From: Neocallimastix sp. 'constans' | Taxonomy: Eukaryota | Length of the DNA: 64,000 bases | Assembly: GCA_050613775.1 (NCBI GenBank) | Contig: JBODTK010000107.1 | Span: 310,001 to 374,000 of the forward strand | Direction: 5' to 3' | In this document: positions 62,145 through 64,000 of the stretch, piece by piece | How positions within the stretch are numbered: the stretch's first letter is position 1 | Layout of the letters: every line of letters begins with the position of its first letter | Made by a program: the position numbers and the translations under genes | The notes under the pieces: model-generated | The model's database searches: none | What the model was told of the DNA's origin: nothing | Seen by the model: the letters and a program-made list of their open reading frames with translations, nothing else

Positions 62145-64000
62145 TTACTTTAGGTTACAGTTACGAAGTTCATAAACAACGGGTTCATAGAATTCTGGAG
62201 TACCACCTAATTCCTGTTCTCTTTGCTTTCTTTTCAGGTCCATTTCTCTGGTGAAAGAATTTCCTGGATCGAAGTTTACAATTTTAGTAACTTCATCTGA
62301 CCATCCAAAGAAGAATGATTTAAAATCAATTGATTCTTCTCCTTGAAATTCAACAATAACATCACTCTTTTTTACTGCCTTTTTCGCCCTTCTTTCTCTT
62401 CTTTCTTTCATACGCTTAATAATGGGATCGGAATCAACTGAATTATTAATTTTATTAAATATATTTTCTATTGAATCTGAAAATTTATTTTCGGAATTGT
62501 CAACTGGTATACCTTCATTCTTTAATTCAGTGGTTGAAAAGTTCGATTCACTGCTATTGATCTTTGATAATGGACTTTTCTTAAATCCATCTTCTGTGGT
62601 TGATGATAATGAATTCTCTTCTTTATCCTTACTTAATGTTAAAAAGCTATTATCATACCATCTTCCATCATTAATATTGGTAAGCCATACTTCTACACTT
62701 TTTTGGGTAAGCTTACGGACAACATCACTACTATTACGTCCAATCCATACATAGATTTTTCCTGGGGCATTACTATCTAAGATGATACAGCAATCATCAG
62801 ATAAATCATATTGTGTGAAGTTTTCAATTTCATTGACGGAGAAATAGCCTTTACTGCAATCGCATTTAAAGAATCTCGGTGCTTTCATATACCATGATTC
62901 TGTTCCTTTACCGTAATGGATATTTAATTTCTTTTTCCTCATATTCATGACGTAAGGTGAAGAATAATTTCTTATTAATGATCTTCTTTTTTCGAATGAT
63001 CCATAGAAGGATTGTGAAGGCGTCATGAGAGGTGTTCTAGAAGGTGTCATGGATGGTGTTAAAGATGAAGAAGAAAGAGTACCACTGTCTCCACCATTAG
63101 TATTGACACCTAAATTTGTCCAAAATTGATCACTCTCACTTCCTTCCTGGATAAGATTTAATTCATATTTACCTCCTTGAATTGATAGATCCGAAGGTTG
63201 AATCGTATTTAAATCATAACCAAAATGTTTAGGCTTATTTATTTTTAATGGATCTTCAGATGACATTAATTCCGATATCCATTTGGATATTTCAATGGCT
63301 CTTCTCACTTCATCCTTACTGGAACCTTTGCCTATCCATAAATCACATTCAAAACCGTTTTCTTCAAAGTGTTTATTGGCTAAGGAGGTGAGTGATTCTT
63401 TTATGTCTAATTCTATATCCCTGGTAGAACTCCTTCTACTCATAGAGCCTTTTCTACTTGCTCTTGAAGAAACCGATCCTTTTCTACTATTATTTCCAAT
63501 AATGGTTTTGATAAGAGTAGTGGTAAAAATGGGATTAGTTGTTTTCATTTCCTTATTTTCATTTTCATTTTTATTTCCACTTTCATTTTCATTTCCACTC
63601 TCATTTTCATTTCCACTCTCATTTTCATTTCCACTCTCATTTTCATTTCCATTCTCACTTTCATTTCCACTTTCATTTTGTTGTTGCTCTTGTGGCTGTT
63701 CTTCATTGATATTATTAATTGTTTCATCTGATTCTTGATGAGTTTTTTCTTTATTAAGATTAACTTCACTATTTTCTAGCTTTTCCTTTTCATCATTACT
63801 TATACCTTCACCTTGTTGTTGTTGATCCTCCATAGTATTATTAACTTCAGATGGTTTTTGGTTTTCATTATTATCATTATTATTATTATTATTATTATTA
63901 TTAACATTGGAGTTTTCATTTTCAGGTGGATCTCGTTCTTCCTTTATCTTCTTTTCATTTTCAACTATATTTTCTATATTTTCATTATTTTCTAATTTTT
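62145..64000 (-). CDS. Flightless-I-like gelsolin/villin family protein, 3' part (5' end beyond the window)
   Basis: The frame stays open from the window end to the stop at 62145. Gelsolin repeats LWIGKGSS...IQEGSESDQFWTNLG and RFFKCDCSKGYFSVNE...FTQYDLSDD...YVWIG...KLTQKSVEVWL...QGEESIDFKSFFFGW; no villin headpiece. The KGYF/KL..K..VW pattern resembles FLII repeat 6. Confidence 0.75.
   Translation of the reverse strand, partial: KLENNENIENIVENEKKIKEERDPPENENSNVNNNNNNNNNDNNENQKPSEVNNTMEDQQQQGEGISNDEKEKLENSEVNLNKEKTHQESDETINNINEEQPQEQQQNESGNESENGNENESGNENESGNENESGNENESGNKNENENKEMKTTNPIFTTTLIKTIIGNNSRKGSVSSRASRKGSMSRRSSTRDIELDIKESLTSLANKHFEENGFECDLWIGKGSSKDEVRRAIEISKWISELMSSEDPLKINKPKHFGYDLNTIQPSDLSIQGGKYELNLIQEGSESDQFWTNLGVNTNGGDSGTLSSSSLTPSMTPSRTPLMTPSQSFYGSFEKRRSLIRNYSSPYVMNMRKKKLNIHYGKGTESWYMKAPRFFKCDCSKGYFSVNEIENFTQYDLSDDCCIILDSNAPGKIYVWIGRNSSDVVRKLTQKSVEVWLTNINDGRWYDNSFLTLSKDKEENSLSSTTEDGFKKSPLSKINSSESNFSTTELKNEGIPVDNSENKFSDSIENIFNKINNSVDSDPIIKRMKERRERRAKKAVKKSDVIVEFQGEESIDFKSFFFGWSDEVTKIVNFDPGNSFTREMDLKRKQREQELGGTPEFYEPVVYELRNCNLK

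Overview
Extremely AT-rich, microsatellite-filled, intron-rich eukaryotic DNA. Most likely an anaerobic gut fungus (Neocallimastigomycota); this is inferred from a fungal velvet factor occurring with cilium/basal-body genes, the very low GC content and the type of Mutator element. Splicing exons by hand gives eight protein genes, several poorly represented or absent in the ORF track: OCRL/INPP5B-like 5-phosphatase (-), RSU1-like LRR protein (+), BROMI/TBC1D32 (+), intronless SEC14 (-), an EF-hand/C2/CEP76-like protein (-), a velvet factor (-), an OCA4-like pseudophosphatase (-) and the 3' part of a Flightless-I-like gelsolin protein (-). A decayed MULE transposon (20772-25360) has TIRs, a TSD and an internal ~2 kb fold-back made of two opposed tandem arrays. 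Best leads: (1) an AT-AC U12-type (minor spliceosome) intron in BROMI at 13855-13992; (2) a candidate H/ACA snoRNA at ~1531-1687 whose pocket fits the LSU site equivalent to yeast Psi990; (3) animal-type adhesion/actin genes (RSU1, FLII) in a fungus; (4) a ~17 kb stretch without recognisable genes upstream of the velvet gene, holding a long strand-biased hairpin and a multi-module repeat block. Most short ORFs in the track are microsatellite artefacts. All homology calls are by eye from remembered family sequences; no searches were run.
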